Positions 24,198 through 37,877 of a stretch of 64,000 bases of DNA are shown here, piece by piece (within the stretch, counting starts at the first letter, position 1; each line of letters starts with the position of its first letter). Source of the stretch: Camelus ferus (lineage: Eukaryota). Where the stretch lies: the NCBI RefSeq assembly GCF_009834535.1, contig NC_045697.1:44642001-44706000 (forward strand), in the 5' to 3' direction. Below the pieces are notes generated by a model. It saw only the letters and a list, made by a program, of their open reading frames with translations. It had not been told where the DNA came from and ran no database searches. The position numbers were made by a program, and so were the translations under genes.

Positions 24198-26480
24198 CTT
24201 ATAACATTTCTTAATTCTTGTATTGGGTCCACTTGCCAAAGAATGCAGAGTTCCACCTCGGGTCCCTCTTGCAGGCCGGGTCAGGCCTGTGGAGGAACGA
24301 CCAGCCTGGAGGCCAAGTGAGGCTGGTGACTTAGCTGAGTCTACCCGGTCAGATCCCTCCACCTACCTGGGTCCTTGGTGACCTCACTCTATGCTTCAAT
24401 GAGGCTGCGTCTTCTCGCTGGTTATTCCTCAGCAGAACGATTTTCTTGACCTTTACTAGAAAGACAGAATGAGCCCCCAGAATGCAGAGGAAACCTTCCC
24501 ATCTCGTAGGTAACTTACATTCTTTATGCATCCTTCCTGGATAGTTGCTTGCTTTGTTAAAGTGGGAGGCTGTTTAAACCTAGCAATGGTTTCATTCAAA
24601 AAGCCGAGTCACAGTTAGACATCCACCTTCCCCCTTTACGCTGTCCTTTGCTTTAGCCTCCCTGGAAAGAAGATGGGAATGTTTCTCTCCCACAGTGTAA
24701 TACACAGGATACATCATGTCTCATGTGGACTCCCCAGGTGAGTGACTCATTCTGGCCCTTTAGATGACCTCGTTTTTTTTGTCCCATCTCTCAGCTTGGG
24801 GCTTTCAGGAGGTGTTTCTTGGGAATGATTAGGTGGCTTTAATCACTGAGGACCCAACTGTGGCCTCAGAGCAGTACCTGAGAGAGGTATTTGTCTGTGT
24901 TCCCAGGTGTTTGCCCGACATCTAATTCAAGGCTGAGCTGCCACTGGGAAGGAGATGGACCACCTTCTTTTGGGTGTAATCCATTCTTAACCTGTCTTCT
25001 GTATGTCCCTGAATAGAGCCATTTTAAAAAGCGGTACTTTTTCCAAATACAAAAGCAAATACATGTTCAAAGCAGAAAATTTGGAAAATGAAGAAAAACA
25101 CACCACTGTAAATGTTGTAATTCATAGAATCATAACATAGGTGCTTGTTTACTTAGAAGGTAGTGGAGTTTTCCTACACCAACAAATATTCTTTTACCAT
25201 ATAACTTAAAAAAGTTTTTTTTTACTTTTTTTTAAAACTTTCCCCCCATATAACTTATTTAGTGATAAACTTCATGGCATCATATGGACATTCTATACTT
25301 TATTTAAAAAGTCCTTTATTGTTGGAAATTTGACAGTATCCTCTTTTGGCTGTTAGGAACTTTCATGAACACCTTGGTACATATACTTATGAAAATTATG
25401 TTATTTTTAAATGGTATTTGTGGAAAGACATGTAGGAGGGTCTGTTTTATGACAGATGACCCTGACTCCACAGGGAAGTAGGTTGACAGTGTAGGGACAA
25501 ATGTTAATAAAAGGGAGTGGAATGAGAGTGCCTTCCTTTGGAGTTAGGACAAAGAGTGTCCGGGCACTGATACCAACTCCAAAGAACTCAGAACCAACTC
25601 AACATCACTGTTTTGCCAGTTTGATTGGATGCCCAGAGTTCTGGGATGTTTAGGATGCTCTTTTTTCTCCCTCCCTCCCATTCGTGGTCCTGATTAGTGG
25701 AACCCTGGGAAATACCTCTCTAGCAAATTAAAGCCAACAGCCACACCTTCAAAATATAGATCGATGCCTTTGTTTGATTGTTTTGGGAGATGTTAGGTAA
25801 TCACAGCAGGGCATTTCCTGAAGTAGCCTATATTCCCCCAGGACATTTCTTCCATTCCTATTGCACGGATAAAGAGCATTATATCATTGTTATTCTGGGT
25901 GTATCCTCTCTTGTTGGCGATTTACTGCAGACAGTCCTGGCTTTTGTACCCCAATGCATTCCTGAAGATTGTGTCCTCAAGCAAATTTTTAGAAATCATA
26001 TTTTCTAGTAAAAATAACATCACAGTTGAAAACCTGCATGTTCATACCAATTAACTTAGAATCAAGTAAATCATAGGTGTGGCAAGTAATATGTCATTAA
26101 AACAAAGAAACATCTTTCTATAATTGTTCTAAATCTTCCTTAGAGCTGTCAGAGACATTCAAAGTGGTTCCACTAATTCAAGTTATATAAAGTGAGCATA
26201 AATGTATGGCATGTATTGTTTATTCAAAGGGCCCCAAATGTACATAGAAAATAGAAATAGAGACTATAAGAACACAATTCCAAGGCATGACAAATTTAGC
26301 CCTTGTCTAGATCTTCAGGGCTGAAGAAACTTGAGAAAGGTCTATTCTGCCTCATTTGATGGATAAGGAAAGTGGGTCCCGCAGCATTAAGCAACTTGCT
26401 GAAGGTCACCACGGTTACCTTAATTCAACATGTAATTAATGATGGTTTTGCCTCCTTTCTGAGATGTAGTAAGTAGATGG

Positions 26481-26885
26481 TGTGGTGTGCTTATCAGAAT
26501 CCTACTTCAAGACTGAAGCCCTCATTACCCCAACTCCTCAGAGTTTTGGCTGTGGATCGCTCCCAGCTGAGTCTCTCTCCCGGCACTGGCCCTTGGCTGC
26601 AGAAAGCCTCTTTACCCAAGGGGCAGCTCCCATCTGATGACTGGGGTGCCTGGTTGATGCAGAGATTAAAAGGCCTGGCCCTCCAGCCCCACTGAAACAA
26701 CTTGGAAGGGCCAGTAGGATCAGCTGCAGCCCGTGTTGTCCCTGCAGTGAGGCCCGATTTCTCCCTCTGCCAGTGTTGCTTCCTTCCCTCCCCTCCAGGT
26801 ATTGATCCTGAGAGCACTTTCTAATAAATACCCTGCATGCAAACTCCATTTCAGAATTTGCTTTTCAGGGAACTGAACTATGATG
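26481..26885 (+). mobile_element. LTR16-family ERVL solo LTR
   Basis: ttctccctctgccagtgttgcttccttccctcccctccaggtattgatcctgagagcactttctaataaataccctgcatgcaaactccatttcaga. Confidence 0.8.
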
Positions 26886-27164
26886 TTAAACAAACCTTTG
26901 GGTGATATTTTGGATCATTGAGTCTTTTAAAAAAATGTGTACCATGAAGTTTGAACTGATGTCTTATTTTTTATATACTCTTTGTAAATTTTCTTGGAGA
27001 GTAAACAGAGGTAGTCAAAGTGGTTCTGTCAACTCAAGTTTGAATGTATATAAATACAAATACATTGCATTAATAAGTGTATATAATATGTATTATATAC
27101 TAATACATACATATTTCTAGTAATATTGTAGCATCTCAGTAAGGACTTTAATTTGGAAAAGACA

Positions 27165-28201
27165 TATCTTTTTTTACTGAAATATAGTTGATTTACAATG
27201 TTGTGTTAGTTTCAGATATAACAAAGTGATTCAGTTATACATTTTTTCAGATTGTTTTCCATTATTGGTTATGACAAGATATTGAATATTATTCCCTGTG
27301 CTACACAGTAAGTCCTTGTTGCTTATCTAATTTATGTATAGTAGTTTGTATCTGTTAATCCCATATTCCTAATTTATCCCACCTCCTCCCTATCCTCTTT
27401 GGTAACCATAAGTTTGTTTTCTATGTCTGTGAGTCTGTTTCTGTTTTGTATATAGATTTATTTGTATTATTTTTTTAGATTCCACACATAAGTATTATCA
27501 TATAATATTTATCTTTCTCTGTCTGACTTACTTCACTAAGTATAATGCTCTTTAGATCCATCCATGTTGCTGCAAATGGCAACATATCATCCTTTTTTAT
27601 GGGTGAGTGATAGTTCATTGTATATATGTACAGCATATCTTCTTAAGCCAGTTATCTGTTGATGGGCACTTGGGTTGTTCCCTTGTCTTGGCTATTGTAA
27701 ATAGTGCTGCTATGAACATTGGGGTGCATGTATCTTTTCAAATTAGAGTTTCCATTTTTTCCAGGTGTAGGATTGCTGGGTCATATGGTAGCCCTATTTT
27801 TAGTTTTGTAAGGAACCTCCATACTCTTGTCCATAGTGTCTGCACCAAACTACATTCCCACCAACAGTGTAGGAGGGTTCCCTTTTCTCCACACCCTCTC
27901 CAGCATTTTTATTTGTAGACTTTTTTGATGATGGTCATTCTGACTGGTACAAGGTGATACCTCATTGTGATTTTGATTTGCATTTCTCTAATAATTAGCA
28001 ATGTTGAGCACCTTTTCCTGTGCCTGTTGGCGATCTGTATGTCTCCTTTTGAGATATGTCTATTTAGGTCTTCTGCCCATTTTTTGATAGGGTTGTTTGT
28101 TTTTTCAATATTGAATTGTATGAGCTGTTTGTGTATTTTGGATATTAACCCCTTGTTTGTCACATAGTTTGCAAATATTTTCTTCCATTCTGTAAGTTGT
28201 C
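27165..28201 (-). mobile_element. About 1-kb 5'-truncated L1
   Basis: ORF2 remnant [23 protein letters not shown]...[17 protein letters not shown] ttggaaaagaca at 27153-27164 and 28202-28213. Confidence 0.93.
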
Positions 28202-29231
28202 TTGGAAAAGACAACTTACTATTCTTACTATTTTTTTCATTCCTTCCTTTCTCACCCAACAAATTCACAGTCTTATTAAAAATAGAAGAAAATTCCCCAA
28301 GGTTTGTGTTTGGGAAGAAGGGAGGGATGGTTGATGGGAATAAGGAGGTAAAAGATATTTATGAGGTGATTTTATGGAAATTAAATCTAAGGATTAAAGA
28401 AATACAAAAAATAAAATAAAACAAATATTCATACATCTGTTATACAGAATTCATATTTGCTAATAAATTGTCATATTTGATCTCATTAAATATGAAATAA
28501 AGGCAGAGCACTTGGGATTCTTCTCTTAACAGCACCGCCGAGCCCCTCATCCTGTCTGCTCTCAGTGCTTGGCTGAATCACCAGCCACACAGCAGCAGAT
28601 CTTTGATGCCTGAAACACCAAATGGGTAAACGTGGACAGACAGAAGAGCAGAGAATGAGCAGGGTGATGAAATAAGTGTTGAAAGCAGAACACATCTTCC
28701 CTGTATGTGGACATTCACCGTAATGGAGTCAGGAACATACAAATTGAAATCTAGACAGGGCAACTTCAGAGAACAAACCTTTTGGGAAAATAGCTTTTTT
28801 TAAATAATACAGCCCGTGGAGATTTAAAAGTCTTCACAGTCTGTGGAGGGTGAATGGCTTGTGTAAAGGGATTCGGAATTCTTGATGAGTTCATAAATCA
28901 CCCCTCATTTCCCAAACAAGTTTCTCCTCCTCCTTCCCTGTTTCTGTAAACTTATTGCCGAGTCACATGAGTCAGAGACCTGGGAATCTCCCTGGAGTTC
29001 TCCTTATCTGACACGCCCAGCTGATTTAGCCTTCTGAAGAACCGTTCAGATCCATGCCTCCCTCTTTCTGCTTGCTTCTCACCAGTTCTGTCGTGGACTC
29101 AGAAGTCTCCTGAGTGGTCCTGATGCCGTTCATCTTGGTCCCTTACTACCTGCCCCACCCCACCTCAGAAGCAAAATTCATACCACCACAAGTGAGGTCT
29201 TCCTAAAATGCCAATCTGGCATATCATTCTT

Positions 29232-29439
29232 TTTTTTTTTTTTTTTTTTTTTAGTATTTTAAAATTTGACAGTCTATATTGCCACTTTATTTTTTTTAAC
29301 TTTTATTTTTCTTATTCTTTTTTTCTCTATTTTTTTTCTTTTTAAAGCCCAGTACTTTATCCTTGTTTTTTTTGGGGGGTGGGGGGAGGAGGTAATTAGG
29401 TATTATTATTATTATTATTATTACTATTATTACTATTAC

Positions 29440-29489
<50 letters not shown>

Positions 29490-29562
29490 GAGATACTGGA
29501 GATTGAACCCAGGGCCTCATACATGCTAAGCACACACTCTACGACTGAGCTATACCCTCCGC
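29232..29562 (-). mobile_element. tRNA-Ala-derived camelid SINE (Vic-1-like) with extended 3' region
   Basis: Head GGAGGGTATAGCTCAGTCGTAGAGTGTGTGCTTAGCATGTATGAGGCCCTGGGTTCAATCTCCAGTATCTCCA with A and B boxes; TSD ctggcatatcattctt at 29216-29231 and 29563-29578. Confidence 0.92.
29401..29485. repeat. (TAT)n microsatellite with TAC interruptions
   Basis: About 28 trinucleotide units inside the SINE. Confidence 0.97.
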
Positions 29563-30916
29563 CTGGCATATCATTCTTAAGAAAAAATCCTTAGCAGTTT
29601 CAAGACTCAACATGGGTTCTTCTCCTTGAGGAAATCTTCCACAATTTCTTCCAGCAGGGCTGTCTGTCTGCTTTTATGTCTGCCGCTTAGGCTCTGGTTA
29701 AACTCTAAATCTTATTAAACTTGTCATCCCAGCATCAAACACAGTACCTGCACTTTGGAAGTGCTTATAAGTGTTTGTTGAGTGCTAGCTAGATCAGTGC
29801 AGCTGGGAAAGAGGTTGAATTCAAAACACCAGGTGGGTGGCCAGACCTAGTACCATGTGGATGACAGGTTGCTGGATGGAGCATCAGTGAGATGAGCTGG
29901 CGCATCTCCAGCATAGGGACATCACCTCTGGTCTCCTCTCCAAGGAGGAGGCAGAAGGCTGGGCACCAGGTATGTTTTGAGTCTTTGCCAAATCTCTGAG
30001 GGCCTCTTGGGCCCGCATAAGCTAGATCACTGGATTTGGGAGAGATTGTGTGAACTTCATCTCATTGCACGAGTTGAAGGGAAAGGTGGAGGTGGTGGAT
30101 GGAGCAGATATCTCTGAGTGTTGCAGGAGTGCACAAGAACAGTAGCACACTTTGCTTGGAATCAGAAGCCATCTTCTTCCTCCTCCTCTTCATCTTCTTC
30201 CTTTTCCTTTCCTACTCTTCTCTTTCCTTTACTTCCCTTTTCATTTCTCTTTTTCATCTTCTGCGTCTTTCCTTTAGTATTGGCAGATATATTACATTTT
30301 ATGTCCCACATAACCATTTACTAGTAGTGGTATAGAGAAAAAAGGGAGAGAAAAATCTGTAGAAGTGCAAAATAAATTTGGGCTTAAAATGAGAGTTGAA
30401 ATTAAAGATATGACAAGTAAAGAGGTTCCTTCATTAAGCTGTGCATCACAAGCTTTAAAATCAATTGTAAATCAGGCACTTGCATTATGTGAGGCATATT
30501 GCTGTGGTGCATAAATCTAGTAACATTATTGCTGCTAAAAGAAAGTGCAAGTTCAAGATGTTGGGTTATGAACCCAAATAGGAAAATATATAGTGTTGGG
30601 TGATATGGCACAGTTTTTAATCTTCCACGGCCCCTGTCAATCACGCATAAGTATTGAGTTTATTTGGTCATTTGTGGATCAGAATTTGCATAAAATATTT
30701 ATGGCTTCTTGCGAATAGCTTGTGAAACTAAAGACAAATGCTGAACATCAGATACAGATACTTACTGTATCACAAGTAAAACCACCAGCGCTAGAATAAA
30801 ACCACAGCAGAGTTTTCATGCTGTTGAACTTACAGTATTTTTACTTGAAGGGGTTGTTTTCTGTGTTTAGTTTAAAATATGTTCACATGCCAGGACATCA
30901 TTTCAGTCTCTTTACT

Positions 30917-31050
30917 CATGGTTTCTCACAACATGGGCCTTTGACCTGAGTTAGAATAACCTGAGGTGCTTGCTTTGGTCCAGATTCTTGGGACCCCTGC
31001 TCAAATCTACAGGATCAGAATCCCAGAGAGTGGGTGCTGGGGCTCTGCCA
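30917..31050. mobile_element. MER5-like hAT fragment
   Basis: agaataacctgaggtgcttg...cagattcttgggacccc...atcagaatc. Confidence 0.5.
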
Positions 31051-34000
31051 GCCATCAGTGCCCATTTCCTGCGCACATCCACGCAGAGCCTGCTGACCGT
31101 GCGTTCGGAAAGTGATGCTTAGTGTCCGACCAGCGTGGACTGAAGTGATGAAACATCACGTCAGCTCTAAATCATCTTGGATGGAAGATGTGGTTTGTTG
31201 TCAGAAATTGTTGAATTAGAGTCAGAAATTGTAAATGATACCATTCATGTCCCACAAATGGCAAATCTGGTGAGCTTCGAGGAGCTGACCTAGCGACGGG
31301 CAAGGGCTCGGGGTGGCCGTGGGAAGCCCTTCCCTGCTGAGATGACAAAGCTGTGGCTTGAACAGTGCCTGTGACCCTGGAAGGGCCCCTGCCTGAAGGT
31401 CTTAACCACAATTGTATTTGGCTGCCTGACTCATGCATGGGAGGTTTTTTTTTTCCCCCAGTGTGTAATCCTGACCTTGAACAAAACCGCACAGGGAAAT
31501 AGTCTGTTTTGTAGGCTGTGAATTGCATCCAAGCCACAGCCAAATTTATCTGCTGCTCTGTACAGCTCCTGAACCTTGAGCTAGATGGCCCTTCTGCCAC
31601 TGCAGGAGAGCAAGTCTGCAGTAAAGCTCCGGGGCCAGATGCATGGGCAGCGGGCTGGGCATATCTTTGCGCCTGGAACAGAAAGTCGTATCGTGATCCC
31701 TCTTCGTGGCATTCAACCCATTTGATGGTATCCCAGAAATGTTGAAACATATTTTCCTGCTCTGATCCGGAACTCCCTCTTCTGATAACCTAGAACGTCA
31801 CTATATCTTTCTGTCCCTATCAAAGTAATTCCTAATAAAGTATATATCTTTGAAAATGCACCCTCCATTTTACTTAATAGAAGCATTACTGTTTGTGATA
31901 AACTCACATGGCATCTTGGAAAAGGATATTGGATTTGTCCCAAGAATTTTCCAGGTTAGTATAGGGAGTATATGAACATTCACTACTAATTCTAAAAGCA
32001 GTTGTTTCTCTATCGAACCCCCCGGATTTGTCATTATTGGATCCAAGGGTTGTGGCTCACTTATTTGGGCTCTGGGTGTTCCTGTCTGGCTACAAAGTAA
32101 CACATTTGCGGTGCCCTGGAGGACTTGAACATGCCACTGTCTTGACCTCACAGAGAGCCCAGCAGCTCTGCCACGGTGCCCTTCTAGGTTGGAACCTTCC
32201 TGAAGACTTAGGACTGTCATGCTTGTAACACATTTCTGTGGGCCCCAGTGGGGCTGCCCATGCTTAGCTGAGAGGAAGGAGAAAGTAAGGCAGAGAGAGC
32301 AGAGGGCTTCTAATCAGGATCTCTGATAGTTTTGCCCATTGGTTCCTGGCTTCTTGCTTTTATCTGACTATCCAGACTCTGGACTTTGTGTGTTCAGAGC
32401 TATGGCGCCTACCAGTGCCTCCCAGCCTTAGCTGACCTCTCTGCGGTGCGCCCTTTGTAAGACTGGTTCTTGCAGCCTCACTCACCTGCCCTTGCCTTTC
32501 CTACCTATAGGTAGTATCTGTTCAATCCCCACCTGGCAAAACAGGCCCCTGGTACTGACCCCTCCCGGCTCTCTGGATCGTGTTTCCATTGGAAACTAGA
32601 ATTTATCCAGACCTTGACTTAAGCTCTCTGTGGACAGGCATTACGTTGATTTGCTCTCTTCTGTATTTCCTATGGCAGTTACTCAATAAATGCTGGCCAA
32701 ATGTTGAATGAAGCTGTGTAAGGACTCTGACATTTTAAAAAGTAAGTATAAATGATAGGATTGGGGACCTGGAAGGAAAATTATTTGAATAAAGAACATG
32801 AAAGCTGTGATTCTGTTTCTCTGGTTCACAATAATTCCTGTAGTTCCCTCTGTTATCAATAGATGTTTCCCATATGCTTTTCAGATTTTAGAAATAACAG
32901 GTAAAATTTGCCTTGTTGGTCCAAGATACTGACCTAGTAGGATTTCTTCCCTGTAACGTGAACTGCGCACAGAAGAAGGACAAAGAACTCCTCCAAATCA
33001 GGGACTTAAACTGAACAGTTCTGAAGTCTGAAATTTACAAGAGGCCACTATAATTAATATTCCGGACTCTGAGACAAATACTTTTCTTCCCCTCTGCCCC
33101 TCCCCACCTTAAACTCACATATCATATAAGCCAACTTTTCCACCAGAAATTCTTGATACATGGTATTGAACCAGAATGGAGTTATTAAGACTCTTTTTAA
33201 TCTCAATTCTTATTTGTTATAAAATAATAAGAAAAATCACTTATGATCGCACAGCCTTACTAAATCAACCTCTTGCCTCTACGTTTCATCAAATTGGAAT
33301 ATTAGTGTCTTATCTGAGCACCAGCATGGTGCCAGTTCATCTTGTTATTTATTTAATTTTTAACTCTGACTTGGCCAGTCTTCTCAGAGGTCATTGCAGC
33401 TTGTCAAATGAACTCCTGGGGCTGATATCACTAGGAAGAATTTGCATGGCCTGTTCTTTTAGAAAACTTTATTTTTCTTAAATAGAAGGAACTAGATAAA
33501 GCACACAGATCCTTAAGACAAAGCCAAAATCTGGGTAAGAGTTTTTACGTAGCTTTTAAAGGAGTAGAGTGTACCTCAAGATCGGAAGAGCCCCGTGAAC
33601 TCTTAAGTGGGTCTCTGCTGTGTGTTCATGAGGAGGAAAGATGTCTGGAAAAGGGATTCTCACATCTGACCTAAGGACAGCTTTAAGAGACCAGCATCAT
33701 GGCAGCGATTAGCACTAGCACAGAGCTGTAAGAGCAGATGTTTCCTCCTCTGAATCCTTCTGCAAGCTTGCGACGTAGATGGACATGCAAGATGGTTCAC
33801 TAATGTCATATTCTGTGTGAGAAATGGATGCTCAGAATGTTGCTAAGTCTTACTAAGCAAGTAAGTGGCAGAGTTGAGAATCAAACCTAGGTCCTTTGAC
33901 CATAAATATTGCTCCTTTCGACATACTAGCTTGGAATAGTGACGCCTATACGTTCTCTTGGAGCTAAGAGCAGGCCAACTAATTGCCTTTACCAAGGATT

Positions 34001-34450
34001 GCCTGAAGACTGGGGTTGGTGTGAGCTATTTGCTTCTCACCCAATTTTGGTTTTGATTTCTTCCCTTAATATTTTTTCAGGATGATTTCCCTAGCATACT
34101 GTTGCTTATTAGTCCAAGTTTCTGAATAAATACTGGAACTAACCTACCTGGAATTTATTCAAATAAACTAATATCTTTGATATAAACATAAATCACTACA
34201 ATAAAGAGAAATTTGAAGCATGAATGTCAAGGGTTTTGGTTTACGTTCTTTGGCTGCTGTAGACCTGGAATGTTGGGTCTAAACGGTGCCATAAATCATT
34301 CTGTCTCGACAGGAAGTAGAATGGAAACCTCATGGAACTGCCAAGATATATGGTTTTCCTTTAAATGCCTCATTGATTATGGGTTTTGCTTCTTTTCTGT
34401 GGGAGAAAGAGACATTAAAGCAGATTTATTCCATTGGTAATTCTTGATTA

Positions 34451-34747
34451 TACCTCTCCACAAACCATTACCTGCAATTCTGAATTCCAAAAAGTTTTGA
34501 AAATCCTTATTTTTTTCCCTATAGGTTTGGTGCAGACTTACTTGGTGGAAGTACCAGAAATGAGACTATTTCTAATCTCATTTATCTCATTTAATGTGGA
34601 TATTTATGTATTTTGTCTAGAAAATATATGCTGCCCAGATCTTGTTTAGTATATTACCTGAAATATGTTTGCACCATAAAATCTGAAAAATTCTCAATTC
34701 TGAAATAAGTTTAGCCCCAAGAGGTTCAGATAAGGGACTATAAACCT
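34451..34747. mobile_element. TcMar-Tigger-type MITE (MamRep434-like)
   Basis: Degenerate terminal inverted repeats tccacaaaccattacctg and cagataagggactataaacct; aaaatctgaaaaattctcaattctgaaa...gccccaagaggtt. Confidence 0.6.
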
Positions 34748-34814
34748 CTTCTCAAGAAGAGAAGGAAGAGATGTGAATAACACAGAGTAACGGAGAAGCA
34801 CAGGCAAGGCTACA

Positions 34815-35174
34815 GGGCCTTACACCCACACTGGTGTCCTCCTTGATAGAAGATCACACATCTCCATCCTGTTGAACTCATGCACACCCATGTGATTGAT
34901 TTTCTTTGGCAAGTAAAATGTGAGCAGAAGAGAAGAGATGAGTCATGTCCAGGCAAAGTTTTAAGAGCCAGTGTGCAGCTCCCCATTCTCTTTCTTCCTT
35001 CTGCCATGAGCTCAGCAGCGTTCCAAAGGAAGGCTGGGGTCCATCAACTTGGGTCTCCAGGGAAGCCTGGCACGGAGCTGTGGCTGATCTGCACTGTCGA
35101 TGTAATGTGGATGAGAAAGAAACCTTTGTTGTTGAAGCCTCTGCAGTATCACCTAGTCTATCTTCACTGATGCA
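34815..35174 (+). mobile_element. MLT1I/J/K-type LTR
   Basis: ccatgtga...ctttggcaagtaaaatgtgagcagaag...ttttaagagccagtgtg...gagaaagaaacctttgttgttgaagcc...ctgatgca. Confidence 0.75.
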
Positions 35175-35734
35175 TGCAAAATCAGTGCCCTCTGGGATGG
35201 AGCCATCCATTAATATAGCATCTGTGGGCACCGACACTGTTAACGACCAATAGTCAGTGTCCTCTGGGGGTCTGCAGTCCAGTTATACAGGTAGATAGTT
35301 AAGAAAGAGATACCATGTCTGGTCTGGCCTGCCACAAGGCTGTGCTCTCTCCTCCACCCCAGTGCTGGTTTCCATATCTGGGCTCAAGGCCAAATGTCTC
35401 CTGACTTTATGTATCCAAACACATGCTTGGAGATTAATGCACATTTTCTCTTACTTCATTGGATTTAACAAATTGCATAGGTATTTCCTACTTATTATAA
35501 TAAATTAAACAACACAAAAGTATATAAAGAAAAAGTTTATTCTCTTCTCTCTCTCCTGTAAATGGTATGTGTCCTTCTGTAGCTTTTTATGGGCTCGGCA
35601 AATATATATAAATACATAGGATCATTTAAAAATATTACCCTACCATGAACATTACTCTGCCAAGGACATCTACGCAATTCAGTTATTAGCCCTAAATAGA
35701 CAATTAATTTAATTTTTAATCTTTAATAGCTTCT

Positions 35735-35960
35735 TTTACTGGATGCTTACTATGTCCAACTCAGTCTTATAAACGCTTTATTTAATCCCTTTGTGAACCC
35801 TGCGAGGCAGTTACTAATGTTATCAGCATCTTCCATTTCCAGAGAAAACTGAGGCTTAAATAAATTGAGTAATTTGTGAGAGTCACACAGATCAGGAAGC
35901 GGAGGAGTGAGCAGCTCAGGCAGTCTGACTCACATTCCATGTTTCTAACCTCCAAGTTGT
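35735..35960 (-). mobile_element. MIR SINE
   Basis: atgcttactatgt...tttaatcc...gaaaactgaggctt...gtcacacag...caggcagtctgactc. Confidence 0.75.
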
Positions 35961-37780
35961 ATCACTTCTACAATTGCATAATAGTCCATGAATGCATTTA
36001 TTCAAGGATTTCCCCATTGATGGAGATTGAGGTAATTTTCTTTTTTCCTCTTTTCATTTTGCTACTGCCAACAGTGTTGAAATAAACAACACTAAAATAC
36101 ACACTGGTGTGCTTTTTTTTTTCCCTGTTGAAAGAGCCCCATGTTAATTTCTTCCTGTACCTCATTTGGGAGAACACTGCCAACTATGGCAGTCTCAGTC
36201 CTGGTTAGGCAGGGGGTCCTGGTGCCCATAATTCGTGTTCCAATAACCAGTTAGGAATTCTGGCTTCACCAGTTTCTCTGAACCCTCTACATATCTTTCC
36301 AGTACAGGCCGAGTGGAGAGAGGCCTGTTTAAGTCAATGCAGCTTACATTCAGAAACAGGAGGCAGTGAACTGTAAGGGATTATCTTCTCCTAGATGTGT
36401 CAGATGCAATCACACAGCATAGATTTATGAAGCGGAGTGAAATATTTGTTTTGATTGCTCACTGATTAAGAATACACTCTAATGCACACTCTTGACAGAC
36501 ATCTAGGGCAACTACCCTTACTTTAAGAATTTGGGTCAGGGATGCCCAACTTCTTCTAATTCAGCAGTCTCATTTCATTAAAGAATTATGCAAAGAAGCC
36601 TCAGATGGGTCTGTACAACTGGCTGCTTCCTCTCCAGTATTTAATACTGCAGGGGCTCCAGCACTCGCCAGTGTTATTGTCCGCAGATTTGTAATGTCTT
36701 CCTTGTCGTCGTTCAGCAGAATTAGGAATAGCAGTTAGTTGGGGATCTTATGAAAAACGAACATACCATATGAAAAGTAGACACATAATTTAATAATAAA
36801 CAGTTTATGAAGAGATTTGGGGTAAAGTGTTAGACAAAACCCCGCATGTTGGAGATGTTTATAAGTGAGGTTCTGTAAAAACTGGAAAATTCTTTAAATG
36901 GAAATGGTTAAAAATCTCAAGAGGTATGTTTTAAATTTTAATCTAGAGGCACTGCAGGGTAGGTATTTATCAACAGATTGCTACAATGTGCTACCATATG
37001 AAAATTGGACAGTCAAACACCTTTGGTTATTTTGAGTTAAATTACCCAGTGAAGTGCAGAGAGAAGTCATAGCATAAATTGGGAGATCTCGTGTTTGTGG
37101 CTAGGTAGCGTATTTCTGTGTGGGGTAGGGGTTAGTGGTGGATAAGCATGGGATCTCCTTACATTTTTTTTTTAAGTACAGTGTAGGCTTTAGGGTAACT
37201 AGTTATTAATGTATAGAGTTTGTGTTTGAAAGAAATGTATTCAAGATCTTTAAAAATTGATGATTACATAGGTAAGGACTTAAAAAGCAAAACATCGCAT
37301 CATCTCTGTCCTGAAGTGTCACTGTGTCTATTTCTTGCCTCCGCAGCCCTCTCATTTCTGTTTACTCATTAACATTTAAGTCTGAAGCCTCACCCTCAAG
37401 CATACAGGATGCAAACCTCAATCCATTCTTTGCTCTGTTCGTGAAGGGGTGGGAAATGTTACAGGTATTTAACCGATCCACATTATCTTGAATACCACTG
37501 TTTTCACTGGCAAGAGCCTGTTTCTACATCCTTGGTGCTGAGATGTTGCTGACTTCAGCAAAGGAACTCTATTTCTGAAATTCTTTATACTCATTAGCAA
37601 AAGCATAGGTGAGGACCAAGGAATGAATACCTGAAGTGCTCATCGCCGTGGTCCCTTTGGGGTGTGGGCTTTTACCCCACGAATGTGGGTTCCTGATCAG
37701 GACAACCAACTGCTCCTCGAGTGAAGCTGAAATCAACTAACACATTATTGGGTCCCCTTGTCTATGCTGAAGATTTTAAA

Positions 37781-37877
37781 CTTTGTTTTAAAAACAGAGG
37801 TACTGAGGATTGAACCCAGAACCTTGTGCACTCTAAGCACGCACTCTACCACTGAGCTATATCCTCTCCACCTGACC
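37781..37877 (-). mobile_element. tRNA-Ala-derived SINE, head only
   Basis: GATATAGCTCAGTGGTAGAGTGCGTGCTTAGAGTGCACAAGGTTCTGGGTTCAATCCTCAGTACCTC; TSD atgctgaag(a/g)ttttaaa at 37764-37780 and 37878-37894. Confidence 0.9.

Larger units (their letters stand above)
28950..29785 (+). mobile_element. L2 fragments hosting the SINE at 29232-29562
   Basis: aggtcttcctaaaatgccaatctggcatatca|...; 3' end cccagcatcaaacacagtacctgcac...gtgcttataagtgtttgttgagtg. Confidence 0.6.

Noticed and set aside
29266..29535. Poly-Tyr and poly-Ile ORFs
   Set aside because: Translation of the (TAT)n microsatellite and SINE.
31200..31232. 12-bp direct repeat gtcagaaattgt around 9 bp
   Set aside because: Too small to distinguish from ordinary slippage duplication.
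31172..31750. 192-aa minus-strand ORF
   Set aside because: No recognisable domain and no splice or promoter support; plausible by chance in a moderately GC-rich patch.
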